NCBI RefSeq assembly: GCF_056746865.1
Contig: NZ_CM163382.1
Strand: one strand, 5' to 3'
Length of the DNA: 64,000 nt
The number at the start of each line of letters is the position of its first letter. Within the stretch, counting starts at the first letter, position 1. Shown here piece after piece: positions 12,406-25,330 of this stretch. The notes beneath the pieces were generated by a model. The model was not told the DNA's origin and did no database searches. It saw only the letters and a list, made by a program, of their open reading frames with translations. The translations under genes and the position numbers were made by a program.

Positions 12406-13197
12406 ATGAATCAAATCGACCGTTTGCTCACTATTATGCAGCGCCTGCGCGATCCGGAAAACGGCTGCCCGTGGGATAAAGAGCAGACATTTGCCACCAT
12501 TGCGCCTTACACCCTTGAAGAAACCTACGAGGTGCTGGACGCCATCGCCCGTGAAGATTTTGACGATCTTCGCGGTGAACTGGGCGATCTGCTGTTCCAG
12601 GTGGTGTTTTACGCACAAATGGCTCAGGAAGAAGGGCGCTTTGACTTTAATGATATATGCGCCGCGATCAGCGATAAATTAGAACGTCGCCATCCGCATG
12701 TTTTTGCTGACAGTTCTGCCGAAAATAGTAGTGAAGTGCTTGCCCGTTGGGAGCAAATCAAAACCGAAGAGCGCGCGCAGAAAGCGCAGCATTCGGCGCT
12801 GGACGATATTCCTCGTAGTTTACCGGCTTTAATGCGTGCGCAAAAAATCCAGAAACGTTGCGCCAACGTTGGTTTTGACTGGACGACGCTTGGTCCGGTA
12901 GTCGATAAAGTCTACGAAGAGATCGACGAGGTGATGTACGAGGCACGGCAGGCTGTTATCGACCAGGCTAAACTGGAGGAGGAAATGGGCGACCTGCTGT
13001 TTGCCACGGTCAATCTGGCTCGTCATTTAGGGACAAAAGCGGAAATCGCATTGCAAAAAGCGAACGAAAAATTCGAGCGTCGTTTTCGCGAAGTGGAGCG
13101 TATTGTTGCCGCGCGTGGACTGGAAATGACAGGTGTTGACCTCGAAACAATGGAAGAAGTCTGGCAACAGGTAAAACGGCAGGAAATTGATCTCTAA
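12406..13197 (+). CDS. mazG: nucleoside triphosphate pyrophosphohydrolase MazG
   Basis: 263-aa ORF with tandem MazG EE..E motifs; starts only 95 bp after relA stop. Confidence 0.9.
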   Translation: MNQIDRLLTIMQRLRDPENGCPWDKEQTFATIAPYTLEETYEVLDAIAREDFDDLRGELGDLLFQVVFYAQMAQEEGRFDFNDICAAISDKLERRHPHVFADSSAENSSEVLARWEQIKTEERAQKAQHSALDDIPRSLPALMRAQKIQKRCANVGFDWTTLGPVVDKVYEEIDEVMYEARQAVIDQAKLEEEMGDLLFATVNLARHLGTKAEIALQKANEKFERRFREVERIVAARGLEMTGVDLETMEEVWQQVKRQEIDL

Positions 13198-13409
13198 GGG
13201 AATTACGTGGTCAAGCGCGATTTGTGTCATTTTTTAAATGACAAGCGCTTGATTTGCGTCAAAAACATTTACCCCAAAGGGGCTATTTTCTCACTCCTGA
13301 TTTCAATAGTGCGCTGGCGAAGAGGAGGGATAATGAAAGTTTGTGGCACAGGTCATGTTCGGGTATACTGCTTTCCCGTCCTGGTTATTCCATCGTCTTT
13401 TCAACCTAA

Positions 13410-15062
<1,653 letters not shown>

Positions 15063-15081
15063 GAAAAAAGTTAGAACGGCA

Positions 15082-15110
15082 ACGCGTACCCTGGGTACGC
15101 GTTGTTTGTC
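15082..15110 (+). terminator. hairpin between pyrG and eno (acgcgtacc-ctg-ggtacgcgt) followed by T-rich tract
   Basis: perfect 9-bp inverted repeat read directly, then tgtttgtc. Confidence 0.45.
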
Positions 15111-15133
15111 TGGAGTTTCAGTTTAACTAGTGA

Positions 15134-16447
<1,314 letters not shown>

Positions 16448-16471
16448 GTCTGACTTTATCTGATTTAAAAA

Positions 16472-16498
16472 TGCCAGCCTTCGGGCTGGCATTTTTTA
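16472..16498 (+). terminator. rho-independent terminator after eno (gccagcc-ttcg-ggctggc + TTTTTT)
   Basis: GC stem and T-run read directly, 25 bp after eno stop. Confidence 0.8.
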
Positions 16499-16506
16499 TG
16501 GTTGAG

Positions 16507-17412
16507 TTACCAGCGACCGGACGCGCCGCCACCGCCAGAAGAACCGCCCCCGCCGCTAAAGCCACCGCCTGAGCCTCCGCCACTTGAGCCGCCACCGGAA
16601 GAGGATGAAGAAGAACCTTTTCTTGAAGCTCTTTCTTTACCGAGCTTCTTGTATTTAGCGCGTAGCTTTTTATTAACGATAAGCCAAAAAATAAGCAGTG
16701 GTACGATGGCAAAAGGCGTGAGCATACCGCAGGCAACGATTAAATTGGTCCATGGTCCTGGCTCGGCAACATAGAGGAATACCATCCCGTAAATGGCGCC
16801 AGTGAGAGTGATCCAGGGTAAATTCGACGGATCGGTAAAAACAATAAAATATGAAAGTACCGCCAGCAATATAATTACAGCAAGCGATAATGGAATAAAG
16901 GGATTGATACTGTAATAATCCCCCCTGTCTTCCGATAATTCACCATTCAACAGAAGCGCGCCGATATTTTCGCTTGCCAGTGTTAATCCACCCATCAGGT
17001 CATCACTTTTGAAGGCAGGGATCAAAATATCTCTGATAATCTTCGCCGCTTGCAGGTCGGTAACCACCCCTTCCAGCCCGTAGCCAACCTCAATACGAAC
17101 AGCATGCTCCTCCCAGGCAACCAGAAGTAAAATACCATCGTTTCTCTGCTTATCTCCCAGTTTCCAGCTATCAAAAACGCGTGCTGCATATTGTTCAATG
17201 GAATCGTCTCCGGTGGACGGCACTACTAATACAGCGACCTGCGCCCGTGTTTTATGTGTAATATCCTGCAGCTGCTGCGTTAGCGATTGCTGTTCAGACG
17301 TGCTTAACGTACCAGTAATATCAGTCACTTGTTGGCGCAGCTCCGGCACAGCAATTTGCTGGGCAAGCCCGGGAAGGCTCCACAAAGCAAGTAGAATAAA
17401 GATTAAGCGCAT
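16507..17412 (-). CDS. TPM-domain (YgcG-like) protein, paralog 1; signal peptide, C-terminal TM region, Gly/Ser tail ending SGRW
   Basis: ORF 16507..17424 uses a TTG start; preferred ATG at 17412 (MRLIFILLALWSLPGLAQQ...); TPM-like core (VAVLVVPSTGDDSIEQYA...LLLVAWEEHAVRIEVGYGLEG). Confidence 0.75.
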   Translation of the reverse strand: MRLIFILLALWSLPGLAQQIAVPELRQQVTDITGTLSTSEQQSLTQQLQDITHKTRAQVAVLVVPSTGDDSIEQYAARVFDSWKLGDKQRNDGILLLVAWEEHAVRIEVGYGLEGVVTDLQAAKIIRDILIPAFKSDDLMGGLTLASENIGALLLNGELSEDRGDYYSINPFIPLSLAVIILLAVLSYFIVFTDPSNLPWITLTGAIYGMVFLYVAEPGPWTNLIVACGMLTPFAIVPLLIFWLIVNKKLRAKYKKLGKERASRKGSSSSSSGGGSSGGGSGGGFSGGGGSSGGGGASGRW

Positions 17413-17417
17413 TACGA

Positions 17418-18566
17418 TCACCAACGGCCGGATGAACCGCCGCCTCCTGAAGAACCGCCACCACCGCGGAAAGAATTTCTCGACGAAGAGCGAGAATGAG
17501 CATTACGATTCCCCGTTTTCCTGTTGCTTTTTTCTCCTGATCCCAGCTTAAGATTGCCAGTAAATTTGGCCACAATGATCAGCAGAACGATGCCAGCAAT
17601 GGTTATTGGGCCGATAAAATGATCAATTAACCCAATAATTGTTGAGATGAATGCAATATCTTTATTACTGGCGAACACCAGGCACCATCCCACAATAATT
17701 ATCAGCATCACGACAAACAATGAATTTCGTCCTGATTCACGAACCTGCGGAGTCTTCTTTTGTTTTTTCACTTTAGCGTTTTTATTTTTTGGGGTCAGCA
17801 TCATAGGAAATACGCGGCACATATTAAAAACTACCGCGAGACGCTGCTTGCAGGTTGTTGCTAACAATAAACTAAAACAAACGACCGATACCCGCCGAAT
17901 GATGACATCGTCCTGAAAGGAGAAAAACCAGACCATAGGGGTAATCATCGATATCATCCATATGCCACGCCCTGGGCGGCTGGCAAATCGCCAGAGGACA
18001 ACGATGGCAACGATCATCAGCAGTGTCCAGGCAAGACAAGGCAGCGAACGTTGCGGATTAGCAAACAGATGATTGGCTAAAGCATCCAAAGGGCTAAGGT
18101 TCGCTTTGATATGGGTAAACTGTGCGATGCTTTCAATTCCGCCCGTTAATCCAGCAAAGAGATTGTTTTTTTCGAATTCTGGCTGCATATGGTAACGAAC
18201 AATTTGCGAAGCTTGTTCCGGCGGCAACATCTGTTCCAGTCCATGTCCAATCTTCATTGACGCCAGCCCTTCCGGCCATACGACGAGAATTAAGATACCT
18301 TCGCCATATCGCTTCTCTCCAACGGGTTTCCAGTGATATACCCCGTATCTCTGCGAGGCTGCAAGTTTAATGTTTTTGCCCCCTGTGGTCGGCGTGACCA
18401 ACACGGCCACCTGGAAGTGGTTTTGCTGCTCGAGAGTCTGTAATTGTTGAGTTAAAGCAGTTTGTTCTTCTGTCGTTAATGTCCCGGTTAAGTCAGTTAC
18501 TGAAGGCAATTGTTCAGCGAATACCTGAAAACCGCATAGCATCAGAAGTAAGAGAAAAATACGCAT
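17418..18566 (-). CDS. TPM-domain (YgcG-like) protein, paralog 2, with extended multi-TM C-terminal half; Gly/Ser tail ending SGRW
   Basis: 382-aa ORF; signal peptide; TPM-like core (VAVLVTPTTGG...LILVVWPEGLASMKIGHGLE); several hydrophobic segments. Confidence 0.75.
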   Translation of the reverse strand: MRIFLLLLMLCGFQVFAEQLPSVTDLTGTLTTEEQTALTQQLQTLEQQNHFQVAVLVTPTTGGKNIKLAASQRYGVYHWKPVGEKRYGEGILILVVWPEGLASMKIGHGLEQMLPPEQASQIVRYHMQPEFEKNNLFAGLTGGIESIAQFTHIKANLSPLDALANHLFANPQRSLPCLAWTLLMIVAIVVLWRFASRPGRGIWMISMITPMVWFFSFQDDVIIRRVSVVCFSLLLATTCKQRLAVVFNMCRVFPMMLTPKNKNAKVKKQKKTPQVRESGRNSLFVVMLIIIVGWCLVFASNKDIAFISTIIGLIDHFIGPITIAGIVLLIIVAKFTGNLKLGSGEKSNRKTGNRNAHSRSSSRNSFRGGGGSSGGGGSSGRW

Positions 18567-18580
18567 ATCAATTCCTTTTG

Positions 18581-19474
18581 TTACCAGCGCCCGGAAGCGC
18601 CACCGCCACCAGATGAACCGCCACCACCGCTGAAATTGTCATTGTTGAATGAAGAGGATGACGATGATGAATAGTGGGAGGAAGAATTGCTTCTTGTATG
18701 GCGTGATGGCTGGTTGGCATCACGCATCGAATCCCGAACCTTTTTGCCGAAGGGGGTAAAAGCGATGGCGACAGCCAGGAACGGTGTGGCGAAGCAGAGT
18801 AATGTTGCGAGTACTCCCCAGCTTCCGCTGAAGCCTGCTATAGGTAAAACAAAGGCCAGTACAATAGCTGCGAAGCAAATTACTCCCAGCGTTTTGATAT
18901 ATCCTCTGGCAGAAATAAACGTCAGTACTATCGCCCAGACTAACAAAGCCCACCAACCGCTAAAAGGCAAAGGGTGATCGGTCGGTGTTATCGTTGCTAA
19001 ATTATTCCCCGTCAGACGACTTTCAATATCGCTGATTCCCTTTTGCAAACCACCAGCCAGGTCCCCTTTTTTAAATGCCGGAATAATACTGTTGCGAATA
19101 ATTTTCCCGGACTGTGCATCCGTAATAATACCTTCCAGTCCGTAACCGATTTCAATACGCACGGTATGATCCTGCCAGGCGACTAACAGTAGAACGCCAT
19201 CATCGTGGTCTTTATCACCCGGTTTCCAGCTATCGAATACCCGCGTTGCGTACTGCTCGATGGTTTCATCGCCAGTTGTTTCAACCACTAACACGACCAA
19301 CTGTGCGTAGTTTTTTTGCGTCAGGGCTTTAATCTGGTTGGTCAGGGTGTTTACTTCGCTGTTTGTTAATGTGCCGGTTAAGTCATTCACATACTTGGGT
19401 GATTCAGGTACTGGAATTTGTGTGGCAAACACAGATGAACAGAAGAAAGCCATAAGGAAGATAAAATTTCGCAT
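18581..19474 (-). CDS. TPM-domain (YgcG-like) protein, paralog 3; Gly/Ser tail ending SGRW
   Basis: ORF 18581..19504; preferred ATG at 19474 (MRNFIFLMAFF...) preceded by GGGGAAG Shine-Dalgarno; TPM-like core (LVVLVVETTGDETIEQYA...LLLVAWQDHTVRIEIGYGLEG). Confidence 0.75.
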   Translation of the reverse strand: MRNFIFLMAFFCSSVFATQIPVPESPKYVNDLTGTLTNSEVNTLTNQIKALTQKNYAQLVVLVVETTGDETIEQYATRVFDSWKPGDKDHDDGVLLLVAWQDHTVRIEIGYGLEGIITDAQSGKIIRNSIIPAFKKGDLAGGLQKGISDIESRLTGNNLATITPTDHPLPFSGWWALLVWAIVLTFISARGYIKTLGVICFAAIVLAFVLPIAGFSGSWGVLATLLCFATPFLAVAIAFTPFGKKVRDSMRDANQPSRHTRSNSSSHYSSSSSSSFNNDNFSGGGGSSGGGGASGRW

Positions 19475-19487
19475 AGAACTTCCCCGC

Positions 19488-20090
19488 TTAATGAGCATTA
19501 GCATTCTGGCTAAAATCTATTGTTGGGGCTTTACTTACTGCGGCGACATCATCCGGCAAATAATTTTTCTTTGGTGTGTAATCCATGACCTTTGCGGTTA
19601 ACACAGCGGGGAATTTGCGGATAGTGACATTATATTGTTCAATGGCTTTAATATATCTTCCTCGCGCAACGGCAATCCGATTTTCACTTCCTTCAAGCTG
19701 TACCATTAAATTTTGATAGAGTTCCTGAGATTTTAACTCAGGGTAACGCTCACTAATTATCGTTAACTGACCGAGAGTGCGAGTCACCTGCGCTTGAGCC
19801 TGTTGCCAGGCTTGTAATTTTTGTTCATCGCCCGGAGTTTGCTGAAGATCGCTACTGGCGCGATTAGCCTGGCTACGAGCCAATGTTACGGCTTCCAGTA
19901 CATCTCGTTCATGGCTGGAATAACCTTTAATGCTGGCGACAAGATTAGGAATAAGATCGGCGCGACGTTGATATTGATTCAATACCTCAGACCAGGAGGC
20001 GTTAACCTGCTCATCATAGGTTTGAATATCGTTATATCCACAGCCTGATAAATTGAAAATAAATATAATTACGATGAATATTCTGAGCAT
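19488..20090 (-). CDS. LemA-family lipoprotein
   Basis: 200-aa ORF; lipobox LSGC; LemA-like sequence (WSEVLNQYQRRADLIPNLV...); first gene of the lemA-TPM-TPM-TPM string. Confidence 0.8.
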   Translation of the reverse strand: MLRIFIVIIFIFNLSGCGYNDIQTYDEQVNASWSEVLNQYQRRADLIPNLVASIKGYSSHERDVLEAVTLARSQANRASSDLQQTPGDEQKLQAWQQAQAQVTRTLGQLTIISERYPELKSQELYQNLMVQLEGSENRIAVARGRYIKAIEQYNVTIRKFPAVLTAKVMDYTPKKNYLPDDVAAVSKAPTIDFSQNANAH

Positions 20091-20262
20091 GTTTAAATCC
20101 CTTTTAATTAATTCCTTAAAACATAATACTCTGCTTCATTTTATTCTTTATGATCTAATCCACTTTTTGCCTTAAAACTGCCTGTAACAGAATGTTAATA
20201 AGACATGATTGTTGTGGCAGGATCTGCAATAATTAACAATTATCCACTTCACAGAGAATGCT

Positions 20263-20934
20263 ATGCAGTACCCGATTAACGAGATGTTCCAGACCCTGCA
20301 AGGTGAGGGTTACTTTACCGGCGTCCCCGCCATTTTTATTCGTTTACAGGGATGCCCGGTTGGCTGTGCCTGGTGCGACACCAAACACACCTGGGAAAAG
20401 CTTGAGGATCGGGAAGTCTCCCTTTTCAGCATTCTGGCGAAGACCAAAGAGAGTGATAAGTGGGGGGCGGCGAGCAGTGAAGACTTGCTGGCTGTCATTG
20501 GTCGCCAGGGATACACCGCGCGGCATGTGGTGATTACGGGTGGTGAGCCTTGCATTCATGATTTGCTGCCACTGACTGACCTGCTCGAAAAGAACGGTTT
20601 TAGCTGCCAGATCGAAACCAGTGGTACTCATGAGGTACGCTGCACACCGAATACCTGGGTTACCGTATCGCCAAAGCTGAACATGCGCGGCGGCTATGAA
20701 GTGTTGTCACAGGCACTGGAGCGAGCCAACGAAATCAAGCATCCAGTGGGACGCGTACGTGATATTGAAGCACTGGATGAACTTTTGGCGACGCTGACCG
20801 ATGATAAACCGCGAGTCATTGCACTGCAGCCGATTAGCCAAAAGGATGATGCCACACGATTGTGCATTGAAACCTGCATTGCTCGTAATTGGCGTTTGTC
20901 GATGCAAACACATAAATATCTAAATATTGCCTGA
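20263..20934 (+). CDS. queE: 7-carboxy-7-deazaguanine synthase QueE (radical SAM)
   Basis: 223-aa ORF; radical-SAM cysteine motif (CPVGCAWCDT). Confidence 0.9.
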   Translation: MQYPINEMFQTLQGEGYFTGVPAIFIRLQGCPVGCAWCDTKHTWEKLEDREVSLFSILAKTKESDKWGAASSEDLLAVIGRQGYTARHVVITGGEPCIHDLLPLTDLLEKNGFSCQIETSGTHEVRCTPNTWVTVSPKLNMRGGYEVLSQALERANEIKHPVGRVRDIEALDELLATLTDDKPRVIALQPISQKDDATRLCIETCIARNWRLSMQTHKYLNIA

Positions 20935-21099
20935 TTAAACATTTATAAGCGTTATAAATGGGTGGAACCTGTAAAGATTTCTACTCATTTATATTGTTTG
21001 TCGCCTCTGAAAACTCCTCCATTTTACCCATCCAGGGCTAATCATTAGCATTCTCTACAAATTCTGCGGCATTAATTTTTCGCTGGAGTGAAAATTATT

Positions 21100-21272
21100 G
21101 CGGTAAAGTTTGGTAGATTTTAGTCGGTATAGGATTACTTTAAATATTTAGCTTTTCAATCAATGGATTAAGTGCTCTTTAACATAATGGATGTGTTGTT
21201 TGTGTGATACTATAAAGTTGGTAGATTGTGACTGACTTAAAAAATCAATAATTAATAATAGGTTATGTTTAG
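21100..21272 (+). promoter_or_regulatory. AT-rich CRISPR leader upstream of first repeat
   Basis: strongly AT-rich tract directly abutting repeat 1; repeat orientation matches the transcribed E. coli I-E crRNA repeat. Confidence 0.5.
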
Positions 21273-21850
21273 TGAGTTCCCCGCGCCAGCGGGGATAAAC
21301 CGTCTGGGCCGGATTCGATCCCGCGCGTACCGGAGAGTTCCCCGCGCCAGCGGGGATAAACCGTACAATCCCGCATCGAAACTGAATACCCCGATGAGTT
21401 CCCCGCGCCAGCGGGGATAAACCGTTGCCCAGGCTTTTGCGAAAATTTGTGATTTGGAGTTCCCCGCGCCAGCGGGGATAAACCGACACGGGGCAGATTG
21501 AGCAGGACTGCGACCTCGAGTTCCCCGCGCCAGCGGGGATAAACCGGCAGCAGATTTACAAACAGATCGGAGATTACTGAGTTCCCCGCGCCAGCGGGGA
21601 TAAACCGCGCGGCCTGCGCTCGCGTAAAATCAGTTGCAGGAGTTCCCCGCGCCAGCGGGGATAAACCGTCCGCGCAAGCCTATATAAACCAGATTGATCA
21701 GAGTTCCCCGCGCCAGCGGGGATAAACCGCGAAATCGCACGCGCTTCCCGCATGGGGGAAAGAGTTCCCCGCGCCAGCGGGGATAAACCGTGTAAAAGTC
21801 TTGGTTTTGGCGCATCATTTGTGAGTTCCCCGCGCCAGCGGGGATAAACC
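21273..21850 (+). CRISPR. type I-E CRISPR array, 10 repeats of 29 bp (GAGTTCCCCGCGCCAGCGGGGATAAACCG), 9 spacers of 32 bp, terminal repeat degenerate (ends ...CCA)
   Basis: exact 61-bp periodicity; repeats start at 21273, 21334, 21395, 21456, 21517, 21578, 21639, 21700, 21761, 21822. Confidence 0.97.
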
Positions 21851-22283
21851 ACCATATAACCCGTTATCTCTTTCTCAAGTTTTTATATTAGCAGTACTCG
21901 TATTAAGCAATATATCCACGTAACACCTCATGTTCAAAATAGCTCTCCATATATGAGAAGTTCACAATTATCGATACAAAAAATCAAATTTAATTAAAGT
22001 GTTAGTTGTATGATACTTAAATCATTAAGAAATTATCATATATTATTTTTTTAATATTGAATTGATGTTTGTTAATTTTTTCTTTAGGATAGTAGTTTGT
22101 TTTTTAAGCTTATTATTCATTGATTAAGTAATAAATCTGGAAATTTGTCTTTGTTTTGAGGCTAATGAGTGGTTTTACATAATCGCCTCTATACGCTGTT
22201 GATGAATAGTTCTTATGAATAAAGATATCCAGTTCATACTTTAAGTGAAAATTGATAAAGTGCGATTCGTATTGTCTTTTATT

Positions 22284-22288
22284 CTAAA
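22284..22288. repeat. left 5-bp target-site duplication (CTAAA) of IS2
   Basis: CTAAA immediately flanks both IS2 ends. Confidence 0.8.
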
Positions 22289-22379
22289 TAGACTGGCCCC
22301 CTGAATCTCCAGACAACCAATATCACTTAAATAAGTGATAGTCTTAATACTAGTTTTTAGACTAGTCATTGGAGAGCAG

Positions 22380-22745
22380 ATGATTGATGTCTTAGGACCG
22401 GAGAAACGCAGACGGCGTACTACACAGGAAAAGATCGCTATTGTTCAGCAGAGTTTTGAACCGGGAATGACGGTCTCCCTTGTTGCCCGGCAACACGGTG
22501 TGGCAGCCAGCCAGTTATTTCTCTGGCGCAAGCAATACCAGGAGGGAAGTCTTACTGCTGTGGCCGCAGGAGAGCAGGTCGTTCCTGCCTCTGAACTTGC
22601 TGCTGCCATGAAGCAGATTAAAGAACTCCAGCGCCTGCTCGGCAAAAAAACGATGGAAAATGAACTCCTTAAAGAAGCCGTTGAATACGGGCGTGCAAAA
22701 AAGTGGATAGCGCACGCGCCCTTATTGCCCGGGGATGGGGAGTAA
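22380..22745 (+). CDS. insC: IS2 OrfA (InsC), helix-turn-helix transposase subunit
   Basis: ORF 22335..22745; preferred ATG at 22380 ([18 protein letters not shown]...), 121 aa. Confidence 0.85.
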
Positions 22746-23608
22746 GCTTAGTCAGCCGTTGTCTCCGGGTGTCGCGTGCGCAGTTGCACGTCATTCTCAG
22801 ACGAACCGATGACTGGAAAGATGGTCGCCGCAGCCGTCACTCAGATGATACGGATGTGCTTCTCCGTATACACCATGTTATCGGAGAGCTGCCCACGTAT
22901 GGTTATCGTCGGGTATGGGCGCTGCTTCGCAGACAGGCCGAACTTGATGGTATGCCTGCGATCAATGCCAAACGTGTTTACCGGATCATGCGCCAGAATG
23001 CGCTGTTGCTTGAGCGAAAAACCGCTGTACCGCCATCGAAACGGGCACATACTGGCAAAGTGGCCGTGAAAGAAAGCAATCAACGATGGTGCTCTGACGG
23101 GTTCGAGTTCCGCTGTGATAACGGAGAAAAACTGCGAGTCACGTTCGCGCTGGACTGCTGTGACCGTGAGGCACTGCACTGGGCAGTCACTACGGGCGGC
23201 TTCGACAGTGAAACAGTACAGGACGTAATGCTGGGAGCGGTGGAACGCCGCTTCGGCAACGAGCTTCCGGCGTCTCCAGTAGAGTGGCTGACGGATAATG
23301 GTTCATGCTACCGGGCTAATGAAACACGGCAGTTTGCCCGGATGTTGGGGCTTGAACCGAAGAACACGGCGGTGCGGAGTCCGGAGAGTAACGGCATAGC
23401 AGAGAGCTTCGTGAAAACGATAAAGCGTGACTACATCAGTATCATGCCTAAACCAGACGGGTTAACGGCAGCAAAGAACCTTGCAGAGGCGTTCGAGCAT
23501 TATAACGAATGGCATCCGCATAGTGCACTGGGTTATCGCTCGCCACGGGAATATCTACGGCAGCGGGCCAGTAATGGGTTAAGTGATAACAGGTGTCTGG
23601 AAATATAG
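22703..23608 (+). CDS. insD: IS2 OrfB (InsD), DDE transposase catalytic subunit, normally made as OrfAB by -1 frameshift
   Basis: 301-aa ORF overlapping orfA; rve/DDE-type sequence. Confidence 0.85.
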
Positions 23609-23619
23609 GGGCAAATCCA

Positions 23620-23624
23620 CTAAA
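23620..23624. repeat. right 5-bp target-site duplication (CTAAA) of IS2
   Basis: CTAAA read directly after the IS2 right end. Confidence 0.8.
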
Positions 23625-23641
23625 GACATCGAGTGTAGTTA

Positions 23642-23779
23642 ATATTCCTTGTAAAAACAGGGATAAACCGAACTAGTTAAAGTTTTTATTATGTTCCCTG
23701 CATCAGCGGGGATAAACCGGACTTGTTATCATTTTTTAAGTTGTCGAACTTATGTTCCCCGCGTCAGCGGGGATAACCA
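23642..23779 (+). CRISPR. degenerate CRISPR remnant: three decayed repeats (..cagggataaaccg; atgttccctgcatcagcggggataaaccg; atgttccccgcgtcagcggggataa-cca)
   Basis: partial matches to the 29-bp repeat at ~23642-23670, 23691-23719, 23752-23779; one 32-bp spacer between the last two. Confidence 0.6.
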
Positions 23780-23825
23780 TTCAGGTACGTTCATGCCGGG
23801 CAGTTTCCCGCCCGGCCTTCCTCAC

Positions 23826-25304
23826 TTACGCATTCGACCAGCTCTGGATCGAATCCGCATTCCCCAATTCCCCATGCATCACTTCATACGATTTTTTCAG
23901 GATTACATCAGTATGTTTGGTTAACTCCTTGAAAATGCCTTTATTCATCGCGTCGTAGCGTTTGGCATTGTTCTCAACAGGCATAAAGATATCTTTCACG
24001 CGAACCATTTTGTCGACAGCCGTTGCGTAATCCGGGTATAGCCCCAGACCTACCGCCGTATTGATCGCTGCCCCCAGACTTGCACAACCATTAATGGCGT
24101 TACGGCGTGCCGGAAGGTTGAACACGTCGGCAAAAATCTGCATAAACAGATCGCTGTTCGAACCGCCGCCAGTAATGATCACATGTTTGGCAAAGTGATT
24201 CATTTCATTACACATATTGTCGTAATTGTTCTTCAGCGTCAGCGCCACGCTTTCCAGTATCGAACGATATATCCATGCGTAATCCATGCTGGAATCAAAG
24301 CCGATCATAATCCCGCGTTTGTACGGTTCCCACGGATTGGTCAGCCAGTCCAGCACCGTCATCAGACCATTACAGCCAGGCGGCACACAAGACGCTTTCT
24401 TGTTGAGTAAATCTTCCGGTGAAAGATCCTGTGCTTTGGCATCCTGAATTAACGACTCGCCTAACATGTCGCGCAGCCAGCTCACTGTCCACATGCCTTT
24501 GCGGATACCGTAACCTTCATACAGCAATGTTTGCGGAATAGAAGACATAATTGGCCAGTACGCCACCGGATCTTTCGGCAGTGCTTTGCCGTTCATCATC
24601 AATGCGATGTAAGTGCCAAGAGAAATTACCGCAGTTTCATTATCCAGTAATCCGGCCCCCAGAGCTTCTACCGGTTTATCACTGGTGGTACAAACAACCG
24701 GCAGTCCTGCCGGGAAATGTGTCGCCAGTGCGGCTTGTGGTGTGATATGTCCGAGGACGGTGCCAGGCATTTGCACATCAAAAAGCATATGACGGGGGAT
24801 ATTAAACTTCTCCATGACTGCGGCATCTTCACTCCATGCCCAGGTCTTATAATCCACCGGCCACTGACCAAAATAGTTGGCGATATTGTCTTTAAACTCG
24901 CCGGTTAAGCGATGCGTCAGATAACCTGAAAAAGAGGTGACATATGCCACGTCAGGATTCGTATGTTCGTAAGGGCGTGTAACGCGTGCATCCTGCCAGC
25001 TAATCAACGGCGCAGCTGGCGTGCCATCGGCTTTCAATAACGCACGGCAGCAACGGATGGATCCCAGACCAATACCGACAATATCTTCTTTATTCCCGGC
25101 AAACTGACTCATCAAATCGTGACCGGCAAAACATAATGATGCCCATAAATCGTCGTCAGGATGTTCTGCGGTATCGGCATCTGGCGTGTGCATCGGCTGC
25201 AATAAGCCTTTGCCTTCGCAAACCACATTACCTTCCAGATCATACATCACCACTTTTGTGCTCTGACTTCCGCCATCAATCCCTATGATGTATTTTTTCG
25301 ACAT
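23826..25304 (-). CDS. ygcE: FGGY-family carbohydrate kinase YgcE
   Basis: 492-aa ORF; FGGY kinase N-terminus (KYIIGIDGGSQSTK). Confidence 0.85.
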   Translation of the reverse strand: MSKKYIIGIDGGSQSTKVVMYDLEGNVVCEGKGLLQPMHTPDADTAEHPDDDLWASLCFAGHDLMSQFAGNKEDIVGIGLGSIRCCRALLKADGTPAAPLISWQDARVTRPYEHTNPDVAYVTSFSGYLTHRLTGEFKDNIANYFGQWPVDYKTWAWSEDAAVMEKFNIPRHMLFDVQMPGTVLGHITPQAALATHFPAGLPVVCTTSDKPVEALGAGLLDNETAVISLGTYIALMMNGKALPKDPVAYWPIMSSIPQTLLYEGYGIRKGMWTVSWLRDMLGESLIQDAKAQDLSPEDLLNKKASCVPPGCNGLMTVLDWLTNPWEPYKRGIMIGFDSSMDYAWIYRSILESVALTLKNNYDNMCNEMNHFAKHVIITGGGSNSDLFMQIFADVFNLPARRNAINGCASLGAAINTAVGLGLYPDYATAVDKMVRVKDIFMPVENNAKRYDAMNKGIFKELTKHTDVILKKSYEVMHGELGNADSIQSWSNA

Positions 25305-25330
25305 GATTTTTCTCCTGTAATTTTCTGGAC

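Larger units (their letters stand above)
22289..23619 (+). mobile_element. IS2 (IS3 family), 1331 bp, intact
   Basis: ends TAGACTGGCCCCCTGAATCTCCAGACAACC ... GGGGCAAATCCA as recalled for IS2; orfA/orfB frameshifted pair; flanked by CTAAA direct repeats. Confidence 0.9.

Noticed and set aside
16502-16774. Proline-rich 90-aa plus-strand ORF
   Set aside because: It is the antisense translation of the Gly/Ser-rich tail of TPM paralog 1 (GGC/GCC-rich DNA)
21160-21855. Minus-strand ORFs 21160..21489, 21574..21855 and 21630..21818 with repetitive VYPRWRGEL peptides
   Set aside because: They are translations across the CRISPR repeats; the periodic peptide is a repeat artefact
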